Source: Octopus sinensis | Lineage: Eukaryota | Direction: 5' to 3' | DNA: 64,000 bases | Assembly (NCBI RefSeq): GCF_006345805.1 | Contig: NW_021835997.1 | Span: forward strand, 289,330 to 353,329 | Part shown: piece after piece, positions 24,201 through 34,600 of the stretch | Position numbering within the stretch: the first letter of the stretch is position 1 | Layout: each line of letters opens with the position of its first letter | Made by a program: the position numbers and the translations under genes | Notes under the pieces: generated by a model | What the model was told of the DNA's origin: nothing | Database searches by the model: none | What the model saw: the letters and a program-made list of their open reading frames with translations, nothing else

Positions 24201-24836
24201 GGAAAAGTTGAAATCAGGGTTGATTCTACAATCCTCACCGAAACAAAAGTAGAATATAACAAGCCAGATATCTTTGTCCACGACAAAGTCAGAAACGAAA
24301 TAAATCTAATTGAAGTGGGTATTACTTCACAGGATCGCCTCAAGCAAGTGGAGGTTGAAAAGTGTCACAAGTATGACCTATTGGCAAGTGAGCTTTCGCT
24401 TCTGTATAGCTGTCAAGTAAAAATAATTCCTGTGGTTATGACATGGGATGGAGTTGTCTCGAAATGCTTCAAAAATTATATGAAGAAATTATCTATTGAA
24501 GCAGGAACGAGGACATACATCCAATCCGTTGTACTGAAAAGAACGCTCGAGAGTATGATGATCGAACACAAGCACGGAATGAAGGTATCTGGTGAAGAAT
24601 ACGCTTCTGCTTCCAACCGGTATGTGGAGATGGCATGCAAAAATGAAGACGACCCAATGAATGCTAAAGAAGATGCAATGGTTGAATCAGATGTGGTAGT
24701 GGGGAGTAAGAGGCAGCTGGAAGTAGACTCTTCTTCCAAGAGAAGGAGAGTGGATATCAGCGAGCTGGAGTGAGATCTGTTTAGTTTCTGATTAACTATT
24801 AAGTTATTATTGGTTTAAAAACGAATTAAATTTTCT
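21221..24836 (+). mobile_element. Full-length single-ORF RLE non-LTR retrotransposon (R4/Dong-like)
   Basis: Flanked by 11-bp TSD TGTCAAAGAAA (21210-21220, 24837-24847); one uninterrupted ORF. Confidence 0.93.
21240..24773 (+). CDS. Retrotransposon protein (1177 aa from first ATG): N-terminal helical/Myb-like region, RT, CCHC knuckle, restriction-like endonuclease
   Basis: RPITCMPTLYK, DVKKAYDSVDH, GILQGDSLSPLLF, FIDD, YRYLGV, CNHC..TVDHMATQC, RRHNEV, KPDI..IEV..KCHKY. Confidence 0.95.
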   Translation: MSVPNDMRKSNPRGLPAKKDKNNITSAGVSSLGLDNSTRTSIHDNPIAGNPTIPTNLHSLSAIIDDAICVSEAEWVSQIVYATKQRIGRIPRGGWNLIREKFNSKFSKSASLSQLKGMVKLMRVDNNYGSNCHQKQFLESSEISTFRKCLEELNIQIKNIESIPRDSRKPTPKIQNKYLKTDILTGLNSAIYYITKDNHPNDINSISDILYAAQCAYLSLTMRDKAQSTWVENIEKKISKLSAELEIVNAHSNQTLPPSEKQKVMDVLCRYGYKKTKKGELSRIQILLQDLIRINNKKIEVHNSRKQFRKDNQCFELNRKRFYRDLTKKEEVTLYGFDDEECVSFWQKVWSERNERPQSYDVVGKRTTCAEHMLPEFTEEFFGNVINYLPDWKACGCDGIYNFFIKKMESLHGFLCHEITRIINGEYMPESWFYTGITYLIHKKDDCETPKDLRPITCMPTLYKLVTKCVNVKLADFVEAFGLISDNQLGTRKYCQGAKEQALINQCLNKEYGNGLYSAWVDVKKAYDSVDHDFLFHVLDCSGIPLWIVNFVKSVVKKWAVKLHMEGRRIGSVKLNRGILQGDSLSPLLFVMVLDPLSRILNSVFPKLEINQEDPNMLTYSTNHLLFIDDLKIFALKQDTLLKMMEAVNGFFKIVGLEMNSEKSASNLESLSCCKTIDGINGYRYLGVLEDGGSNVLKNRVMDSIFENVKKRITMLSKTKLNSVNLFRAINEYALSLYNYYIGLINIEPSEFDDIDRQIRQLLTSLRLHLKPANKERLYLNRKALGRGLSSVTFKSELMLFQFLTSLENMSTICLRRAGILRVIKMNKWHLAMIAGFLSSKYAIIDKKSITIESLKSSQIQYLQKKISSKALHSVLFKCVDEPNVDLPASSEWLSYGNNGPRSEALYCLLQDRNLFFASADSLCNHCKKSKKTVDHMATQCGKMLNSDYLRRHNEVVKCIHLNLCRMYGLKKARRLKGHSVQSTLSTGKVEIRVDSTILTETKVEYNKPDIFVHDKVRNEINLIEVGITSQDRLKQVEVEKCHKYDLLASELSLLYSCQVKIIPVVMTWDGVVSKCFKNYMKKLSIEAGTRTYIQSVVLKRTLESMMIEHKHGMKVSGEEYASASNRYVEMACKNEDDPMNAKEDAMVESDVVVGSKRQLEVDSSSKRRRVDISELE

Positions 24837-27379
24837 TGTCAAAGAAATAACTTGTGAAAGATTTTGACGATGAAAATAGAAATATTTTCAGACTATTTGA
24901 CGAAAATGGAGACGGAAAGATTAGTTCCCAAGAACTGAAAGACGCAATGCTTATGTTGAATAACAATCTGACAGAAGACAAAGTAAAACAAATAATGAAT
25001 GAGGCGGACGAAGATGAAGATGGATTTATTGACTACGAAGGTTAAATTTCTTTAATAATTTACAGAGTTCATTTCTGTAATTTCAAAAGCAGAACACAAA
25101 GGGAACTTATTCTAATTTTTAATTTATTTTTTGTTATTAAAATGTAGTAAAAATGCATTATTGACTTTGGGAATATTATACATACGATTACTAAACAAAT
25201 AACGACTTAATTTCTACCTGGAAATTAATAGATAAAAAAACAAATTAATAATTGAACAAAACATACTTGAATATTTTTGTATACACAAGCGATCTTATAA
25301 AACAAAAGAGAGTGTTAAGCAATATTTTCAAGAGAACCCTTGACTCAGCAGCCTCTGTTCTATTCTAAAGCCTGTGGTTCTAATAGATTTCAGGAACCGA
25401 ATGACGCTTCTTTCTTTTCAAAAAGCAATTTTCTCGTCTGGGATATTACTTTTGTGAACTTATTTGGAAAATATAATTTAGTTCACTCTGTCTGCATTTC
25501 CCAAATTGCCTCCGAATTTGCCGAGAAATCGGAAATCGTAAAATATCGGGCCGTTAGTGAAGACTTCTTTTTGACACCAACTTCTTTTTGACATCAAGTG
25601 AAGACTTTTGTTGTTCGAGCGGATATCCCTTGCGATAGTACGCTCTAATTCTTTCTCGATCGCGTCGGCTTCCCGTCCATGAAGCTTTCGAACACTTGAC
25701 CGAATTCTTTTTTTCGTAATAAACAAATTCCGTTAAAAAAACTGTATCCTCGAAGCAAAATCCTGTGACTTTTTTTTGCGGATCTATCATCTCAAAAAGA
25801 ACCTAAGACTCTAAAGAGTCGATCTGGCTGTTTCACCGTCTTCTTTGGCAATTGTGTCAGGAAATTGCGTTGCAATTCGCTGTGCTTAAAAATCCTCCTA
25901 TCTCTTTTCCATTAAATCTTTTTTTGAAATTAAGATTCTAAAACAAAGATGTACTATGTTTAATGTAATAGTTTTATTTAAAAAAATAAACGTGAGATTT
26001 AATAATAGTCAATAGTCCGAACATTATAAAAATCGAAAGTATTTAAATGAGACACTGATTTTCGTTCACCGTCAGCATTCTGTTCCCGATCTAATATAAT
26101 AAAATTTCGCGATAAAAATATCAGAACACTAAGCTTTTTTTTACAAAATTAGTTACATATAAAATAACGGAAATCACTGTCTCATTTAAATACTTTTGGT
26201 TTTTAAAGATCTGAAAAATTCAAGAGTAAATGTATTTAATCTGATTTTATACAAAATATTTTTTGATTCAAACGTAAAAATTTTATTTATGAACTTTCGC
26301 GATGCCAAATGTTTAATGCAACGGGCTAAGATGTCGATGTGTACTCCACCTAGAAATCAGAATAATAACAATATTATTTATTATAACATTCCTAGACCAG
26401 GATGGACAACCGCATCGGAGAGGCAGAAGTCCGGTGGACGGAACATCGTTCTTGCCATTGCAGAAGGGACTGAGTGCACGATCTATGAGGACTGGGTTAA
26501 ATTACGTCCTTTCCCAAGTGTTGGGAAGTGCTTCCAGAATGGCCAGGAATAGGTAGCCTACCCTGCTTCAGTGCTTCAATCGACGATTTCTCTAGAACTT
26601 ATCGTTGAATGAAGAAATTTGACGAGACTCCTACTTCTGGCTTGCTAGTGAGACTGTCGGATGCGGTCACTCCGATAGTATGCCCTTCGTGTTCTAAACA
26701 ACACGAGCACCAGAGTAGCAGTTATCACTACTCTTGCAAGTTAAGGAGATATTTAGTAGGCATATCTCTCGAATCATGTTGTTCCCCTTGCGGACCGCAG
26801 AGTGACCCGAAAGATACCTCGGTGACAACTTAGGAGTTACGTTATGAGTTGCATCAATCGTGTCATATCTTACGTGATCGTGCGTAAGGCTCCATAGACA
26901 ATGGACAAGATTTTTCTCTATTTCTACTCGCCACAGACAACCTATGAAGGAATAATCCAGAAGCCTATGTCAAAAAGTAGGTGAAAGGAAAACATTGAAA
27001 CGAAGGTAACCGCAAGAAAGGCTGAGCTGGGCACATTCATAATGTGGGCAATGCGGTCAATGGCAAGACTCCCCTCTTAGTGCGTACTGTACTTTGTCGA
27101 GAACGAACTGTCAAATGGGACCTATGCTCTCTTGATGACCGAGTCTTGTGGTGTTTCTGACATCCACAAAAATTTCGATGAGGCACTAACCCGTCTCTCG
27201 GACTGGAAGACAGTTGGCGTCGATAATAATTTTTGAGGTGGAATATATTATATTTTATTTAAGTCGCTCTATCAATAATTTAAAATATTATTAAATTTTT
27301 TACTAATTTATTTTCTAATTTTTTTAATATTATGGCGAGCATGTACCTAATATTGATATAAACTGGCACTATAGGTCAC

Positions 27380-27945
27380 ATGGAAAATTCTGTTGTGGAC
27401 TTATGCAACATCAAATTCCGACAGCTCCCAATAAGTAAGGAGGATGCAGTGCATTTTCTGCAAAATGTGGATATCCTTTCAAAATCACGTATATGTCCGA
27501 AGGGACATCAGATGGAATTAGTCTTGGGACCGAAGCTCAATTGGAAATGCTCAAGAGTTGGTTGTAGAGTCCAATGTTCTATTAAAAAAGGTATAATTTC
27601 TCTCAAATAATTCTAGATACCTGGTTAGAGAATTGTAGATTGCCATTTGAGGATGTCATCGCCTACATATACTTATGGAGTTACGATAGGCATACCTTCA
27701 AATGGCTTCATCACGAATACAATTGGGGTGAACATACATATGTCGATTGGGCTATGTTTTTACGTGAAGTCTGTGTGGAAAGCTCAAAGAGGAGCTGTAA
27801 GACATCATCTGGGATCTTATTTCGCAGGTTTTTTTAGTTAGTTATTTTTTCAGAATTTATGTGGCGAAAACAAATACAGAACTATAAGGAATCTTTTGCA
27901 CAGATTGTAAAAGACATAAATTCCTTCTACAGTCCTGGAATTTAA
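27380..27945 (+). mobile_element. Merlin-like deleted transposase, copy B
   Basis: Translations identical to 217-447 and 477-674. Confidence 0.7.
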
Positions 27946-29281
27946 ACAATGAAGGCGAACTTTCGTTTTTACTATACTAAGGATCTCCATCGCTTGCGAA
28001 GTGCATCGGGGATCACTGGGATTATAATTAACTCAGTTTTACTGGTCTAATAAATAAATAATGGGAGAATAATACGGTTTAGTTATGGTCGGCCTTGTGC
28101 AGAGGATTTTTTAACTTCCAAACGAAATAATAGAAGCAGTACATTTTTAAGAATCTTTCAGCTTCATAAGACATCCTTGATTGACTCAAGTATAATTAAC
28201 TTTGATTTATTTAAATCTAATTAAGACTGATATAATTCTGCAGCATTACCAACCGAGTTTATTCGTCTTCGATTAAAAAATATAATATTTTAGATTCAAG
28301 TTGAGATAAAATCTGTCCGAAGCTGTTTTAAGTGGAGATCAAGAAACTTAGAAAATGGGATTTCCAATCTGAGAAAGTGGAACTAATATACTACGAAAAA
28401 GTGAACATTGTCCCGATTTCACTAACTTTGATGCACTCATGAAAAGTATATGGAGTAAGGAAGATCAATAAATATGAATGAGTCAGTCATTGATAATTAA
28501 AAACAGACTAGGAAGTAAAATTGTGTATTTTTAAAAACAAAATTGTTCCATAGAAAAGGAACATTGAGCTAGATAGTAGAATACATTATATTATATTTGA
28601 CACGATTGTTCCTTTGCAGTTGATAAGTCAAGAGTAAGGATACAGACTTGCTTACTTGAAATCTTTCACGATGAACTAAATAAATGGGACTGAATGCCTA
28701 AAGGGAGAAATGAATGTCACCATGTAGATAGCGTCGAGTTTACTAGTCAAAGATGAAACTGACTAGTTAATAGCTTACTTTTATATGCCATGATTACATA
28801 AAGAAATGTGTATAAAAAAATAAATAACATTTTTTTGAAAAAATTGTTAATAAGGGCCATAGCCTTTATATCGAAGGATGTAAATTGTCATCATTGAAAT
28901 GAACCCCAAAATGAAAATTACAAAATATAATATTTTTTGCTTCCGGAATTTTCTTAAGGAATATCTTTGCGCATCTGGAGAGACCTTAAATTAGGTAATC
29001 GACCTCTAAACCACGTATATAATCTGATTCGACTGTTGCAATTTTGGTGCTGACTGTATCTTAATATTTTCCTCATAACTTGGCGGATCCATATTATTAT
29101 CACACGATCTACTTAACTAACAAATACAGACAATTTTATTTATAAAAAACAAATTAAAATTAATCATTTCTTTATATCATATTTTGATAAACAAATAAAT
29201 AAGTATTTATAATTTTTTAGACTTGATAAATTAATCATAAATATTTTTCAGAGAATAAGGCAAATTTTAATGATATTACAT

Positions 29282-29629
29282 TCATTTTCTCTCACCAACG
29301 GTGTGGGTAACCTTCACGTGGTGTTGTTTAGATCCTGTTTTAACAGCAACTAAAAGACCTTCAACAATCTCCCGATCTGTTCGTTGCCACATCGATCTTC
29401 TAGCTGCAATTGAGCGAGCACAAAGCTCTAGTTCCCATGCTTCTTTTTCCTTGTGCGGTGACATAGAGAAGAACTCAGGATCTTCATGAGAGTTAAGACT
29501 GCTCCAATTGAACATAAATGGAATCTCTTGAAAATCCTTCGAAGTGAATTCATTTCTCTTAACACATTGTACCGATATTGCACTGTTTAAGAGACGAGGC
29601 TCTCTATGTAAACCAACTCTAAAATTCAA
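29282..29629 (-). pseudogene. Possible GT31/Fringe-like fragment, copy B
   Basis: Near-identical to 4517-4864. Confidence 0.33.
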
Positions 29630-29634
29630 GCTAT

Positions 29635-31400
29635 CATGTCTATCAAAAATATATTGATCGTCGGGGACCTAAATGTAAAAAAAATCCAGCCTGGCTCTTA
29701 AATCAATGTCAAGACTAGCAAAACCTACAACTAATGTCGTAACTGAAAAATCTAGTCATATTGAACGACCCACACTTACACACAAGGTGTGATCTACGAT
29801 CTAACGACATTAATACATCCACGGATCTTCCCCTCTCCTCCCCATTAATCGCCTCTTGCATAAATTGGTGAGTGATTCATGATCTCCCATCAGGCCACAA
29901 TCCAATTTTTATTTCAATTAACCTTTTATCACCTTGGGACATTTTTCGAAGAACTATCATCAATTAAAACCGGAAAATTGGTCCCCCATTGTCAAGATAT
30001 TGAAGCTGCCTTCAAAGGCTTCTCTGTAGGAGGACATAACTCACTGGAATCCGCTATCCAATTCTTCACATCAACACTATTAGCGGCTGATCAGAGATAT
30101 GTGCTGAAAGGATTTCACAAAAATGCAAAACCGTGCTTCAACAGAGAAATAGTAGAAAAAAGACGTTCAATGAAAAGGAACAATCGCACAAACGTGCACG
30201 AATTGTCAATCCTCGATGAGAAAATCAATCAGATGATCGTAAAGCTTAAGAGAAATAAATGATCAGAATTTATTTCCACTTTCGACCACAGCACTAAGCT
30301 CTGGAAAGCTCTAAAAGGAAAGTTTTCATCACAAACAGCCGACACATCACGCCTCTGGCCCCAACCAAAAAGGGCAAACGAAATCGGTCAGAGAACAGGC
30401 AAATACTCTCATGAACCACTATACGAAAATCAGTTACATGATGATAGATAAAGATACCGTTGCTGAAAACTCAAGCTTGATAAAAACTTACTTTCTCCAG
30501 AAATAAAAATATCAATTTCTGAAATTAGTTAACTCTTTAAAAACGCTAAGAATACTCACGTTGGGCCCGATGGTCTTTGCATATACCATCCGAAAAATCT
30601 TGCCAAAATTGATTGAATGCACTGACTGATATTTTTAAAACATCGCTAAACTGTGGTTTAATACCTATGGTCTGGAAAAAATCACTTCAATTTTGAAGCC
30701 CAGCAAGGACCCTTGCGACCCCGCCTCGTCTAGGTCCAATCTCATGGTCATGGAACCTGTCTCTATCAAATCTCCAAAAACTCCTATTAATCAAAAACTC
30801 GGGCCCTTGCATAATAACTGGCTGCATAGCCCCCACTTTCATCGATCATCTTCATTGGGAATCTTGTATCCTTCCGGTTGAAGACCACCTGGTGATGAGG
30901 ATGAGAGGACTCCAATTTTTCCACGAAATACAAGATCTATCTCATACATGCCAAAAAATCTCTATTCCAGAAAACAAAAGACATATTATCACTACTCTGG
31001 CCGATCAATGCAGTCGTCTCTCAAAAATACTCTTAACGAACAATGGGTAAACTGTGAAAAAAACTAATTCATGATTACATCTCATCTCGTGATATCAGGA
31101 TGCTTTAAAATAACAAATTTCTTGATTCTCCTCTGCCACCGGTCCATCCTTCAGAGCAATCACTCGACAGGTACCTCCGTGTCCAGCTTGCACAACTTCG
31201 CTCCGGGCACTATTCACTCATTGTTGAAACACACCGCTCCGTCACCCCTGAAGACCTTTTTTCCTGTCCTGGACCGTCTCACCTGTCACCACCTATTTGT
31301 ATTCGGGATCTCTGGGAGCGCCCAATCTCTGCTTCCTGCTACCTAATTACAGCCGGCTTCCTACATGCTAGAGAAGCCGGGGTAGCTAACTAACTATTCT
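29635..31400 (+). mobile_element. Degenerate APE-RT LINE, copy B
   Basis: Near-identical to 4870-6630. Confidence 0.65.
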
Positions 31401-31625
31401 CTCGTCATGTTCTATACCTTTCCAAGTTCAATATGGGAATTTCCAAATTCAATATGGGATTTCCAAGTTCAAAGTGGGATTTTCCAAATTCAATATGGGA
31501 TTTCCAAGTTAATTTTAAAATATTTGAAAAAATAGATAAGTTTAGAATAAAATATACTCAAAACTTGTTTAAAAATATATTTACACAAATTACTAAACTA
31601 ACAATTTATTAGGAAATTGTGCTAT

Positions 31626-34600
31626 TTAATCATCAAGATTAAGAATCATTGCTGCTCCCCTTTTAATCCAATGGTCGGCTGCTTTATCTCCAATTTTAAC
31701 GTCCATTACAAACACCCGCATTTCAGCACGATCGGACGTCATATAGACAGGACATTGGTATATTCCTGTTATTACTAGTCAAGAAACACGAATATAACCT
31801 TTTAAATTTTTCTTCTTTGCTTCTAAGTGCTTCAAATGTACAGAAGGCATATTATAAATTAGCTTCATTGGCTCTGTTTCCACCAGACTTGCGTTTTTAA
31901 TGTCCCAACCTCCTCCTTGCAAGTGGATCCCCTTGATCAACACTCCTTCTGATGGAGATCCTGTTACATTATTGTCACTGATGGTAAGGACGTTGAATTC
32001 AGAGATCAAATTGTCGAAAGGAACCTAATAATCAAGAAAATGATTTACATTGAGCGTATGGGCACTTGATTGCTGGACAGCGGTCAAAAAACTGATAGGG
32101 TGAATAAATGCCGAGATCAAAAATATTGTAGAAGTCCTTGAAGTGACTGTCCAAGTATTAAAGTGATGAACACGAGCATTAAGATCTCGAATCCAGGAAG
32201 CGAGCGGTTTTTTCGACGGATAAAGCTGTGATTATCAAATAAAAAACTTGGTTACCTTTCCCCACAATTTCGGGACCCTTCCATGATAGATTGACTGGAA
32301 AATCTCTTCCAATTCCGTTGACATTGACATGAGACCAAGAATGCCTTCTTCTACTTTATGTGCCGTTGTTCTAATAACATCCAGCAATTTATTATAGCCG
32401 ATGACCTTAATAAAATTAACCAAGATCCTCACCTGCTGAACTAGCACAGAACCAATGATAAAGTTGTCGTTTTCACGGATTCTCAGAGCAGCCTCAATAT
32501 CAATATTATTTTGAATTTGTTTTTTAAAAGAGTTGATATTTTCAAGGACTCTGCTCTCTCCCGTGTCGTCATGGTCTCCTGATTGTTTAGACTCTGTCAG
32601 TAGGAGAGTGGAGAATTAATGGTTTGCAGCAGTTATTTCTGACTGAATTTCGCTATTTATATGTAGTCCAAACACTTCTGGGTGTTCGTTATTTGGTAGA
32701 GTGTTGATATATTCGTGATATGATTTAAGAGGTCCGTCTTTTGGTACGTAGTATGTCGGCAAAGAAGACAACTTATAGTTCGTTTGAGTCAGAATGTTGT
32801 CGTTGAAATACTCATTTATGTACGTATTTAGCAAGGTTCTGTCTGAATCGTCTGTGACGTGACCACCATAAGTTATTCCAGCGATCAAATGTCTAAGAGC
32901 TTCCCAAGGTGTGGTAGAATATTCTTCAAGGTGAACAATTAGTATTTCATTGGAACCTTTCATAAGTATCAATCATATACCTCAAAATCCGCATCATTAA
33001 ATTGGTATGGAACATTTCAGCCAATTTTTAGGAATTTTTTACGTTCCGTAATTACTGCGTGGAAGAAACAGAGCGAAAACAACACTATTCGGTATTTCTC
33101 TGGCTTGGAGCAACGGTTTATTTGTGACTCACGAACAAGATTATATAAACGCTTCAGGTTAGCTTTAAGACCCTTTAGTTGAGAGATTTAACAATAAAAC
33201 TTTTGGAGACTCAGTGGTCATTTTAATCCCGTAGTGTAGAATTGAAATAGGGAAGCACGAATGAGATGCACTACTCAACCAAAGCCGGAATTTAGGATGT
33301 ATTTCAGTGTTCTGTAATTTATTCACAATCTTGTCAAGTTCTGGCATCCAACTAAGTGATAAGTGGCAATTAGCCAGGAATATCCAGTGCCCCTTTAATT
33401 ATAGAATCTACCTAACTTCTTTAATTCCTTCTTTTATCATTCTGTTGGCAATGGAGGACTGTCCTTGTCCTAGAGAAAGGGCGTGAAATTTTTTGCCATG
33501 TTGTATTTTATGGCGATCTGTAAGAGTGCCTGAGTCGGGTCCTAGTTTAGGGACTCATTCAAACACGACTAACAACTCCGGGAGACAGTATGAAGATTAA
33601 AGGAGTTTGTGGGTGAGAATCGATGAACACATCTTGCATGTTAAGAGGAGGAGGCTCGACGTACTTCGATCCAAGATTATTCGCTACGAACGACGCCACA
33701 CATATTGGGACGCGGTCGGGACGGATTGACCGTATAATCAGCATTTTCTGTAAGTCATTGCAGGCATTGTCCCACTCACCTGGATTTTTAAACCTTAGTA
33801 CCAGGAAGTTGATGATTCTCTGGTTCCGAGCTCTGATACCAGAGATGCCAGTATTTCCCATATTGTTCGAATGAGGACATAATTCCGTGGAAATTTGTAA
33901 GTTTGTCTAATTCCGTCGCGTGATCCCACGATGATTCCGGGAGCCAATGGGAACATGGATTATCCATTTGTTGTTCACGGTTTATAGACTGTAAAGGTGA
34001 ATAAACTATTTTTTACTTCGCCGCCTCGTAAGAAAAAGTTATATTCATCCATATTAATTTTCCCCGCTGCTTCCATTATTCTTACACAGATCTGGAAGGA
34101 AAAAAGTAGTTTATGTCGCTCGAATAGTCCGCGGCACGTTGTTCTGAATATGGTACAGCGACAAACTTGTAAATAAGATAAGTGTGGTATTCGTTCAGAT
34201 TCGAAATTCGCTCCTCAAGCTTTGATAACCTGGAACTTTTCTCATAGAATAGTTGAAAAAGTAAATATAGGATTCCAGCGAATATTGATACGTGATCTAC
34301 CCCGCCCAGTTGAATTCAGAATAAAAAATAAAATTGAAGCTCTTTGGGCGCACGGTAGATAACTTTATTTAAGTATAGAGCTGGAACTTTACCTCTCTGA
34401 TTGCATCGATTTTTTCCTCGGTCTGTTGGGCTACGTTGAGTTGGTTAGTCACTTCTGATGCAATAGATTTTGAACTATTAAGGGTCTCCACATCATCCAA
34501 TAAAGACCCTTCAGTTTCATTTAGGAGCCTATTTTAATATTATTTGGGAAACATTAAAATTTTATCTTCAAGTTCTTGGAGTTTCTTTTTTCCATTGGCT

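Larger units (their letters stand above)
20940..25115 (+). pseudogene. Calmodulin-like 4-EF-hand gene split by a retrotransposon (N-lobe ~20940-21220, C-lobe 24848-25115)
   Basis: LTEEEVE|EFYQVFNFFDSDK, EYDEN|KSNTIEFPEFLTFMSKK, FRLFDENGDGKISSQEL, EADEDEDGFIDYE|EF. Introns of 24, 26 and 25 nt at calmodulin positions; frameshifts; TAA just after the TSD. Confidence 0.82.

Noticed and set aside
21221-24836. Microsporidian origin of the whole window
   Set aside because: Axonemal and IFT dyneins, PKD2, cyclin E and intron-rich genes are incompatible with microsporidia, and the element is integrated in a host exon with a TSD.
25340-25790. ORFs of 78-83 aa, possibly a LINE remnant
   Set aside because: Only a weak resemblance (IARDIRSNNKSL) to LINE inter-domain sequence; not enough to call.
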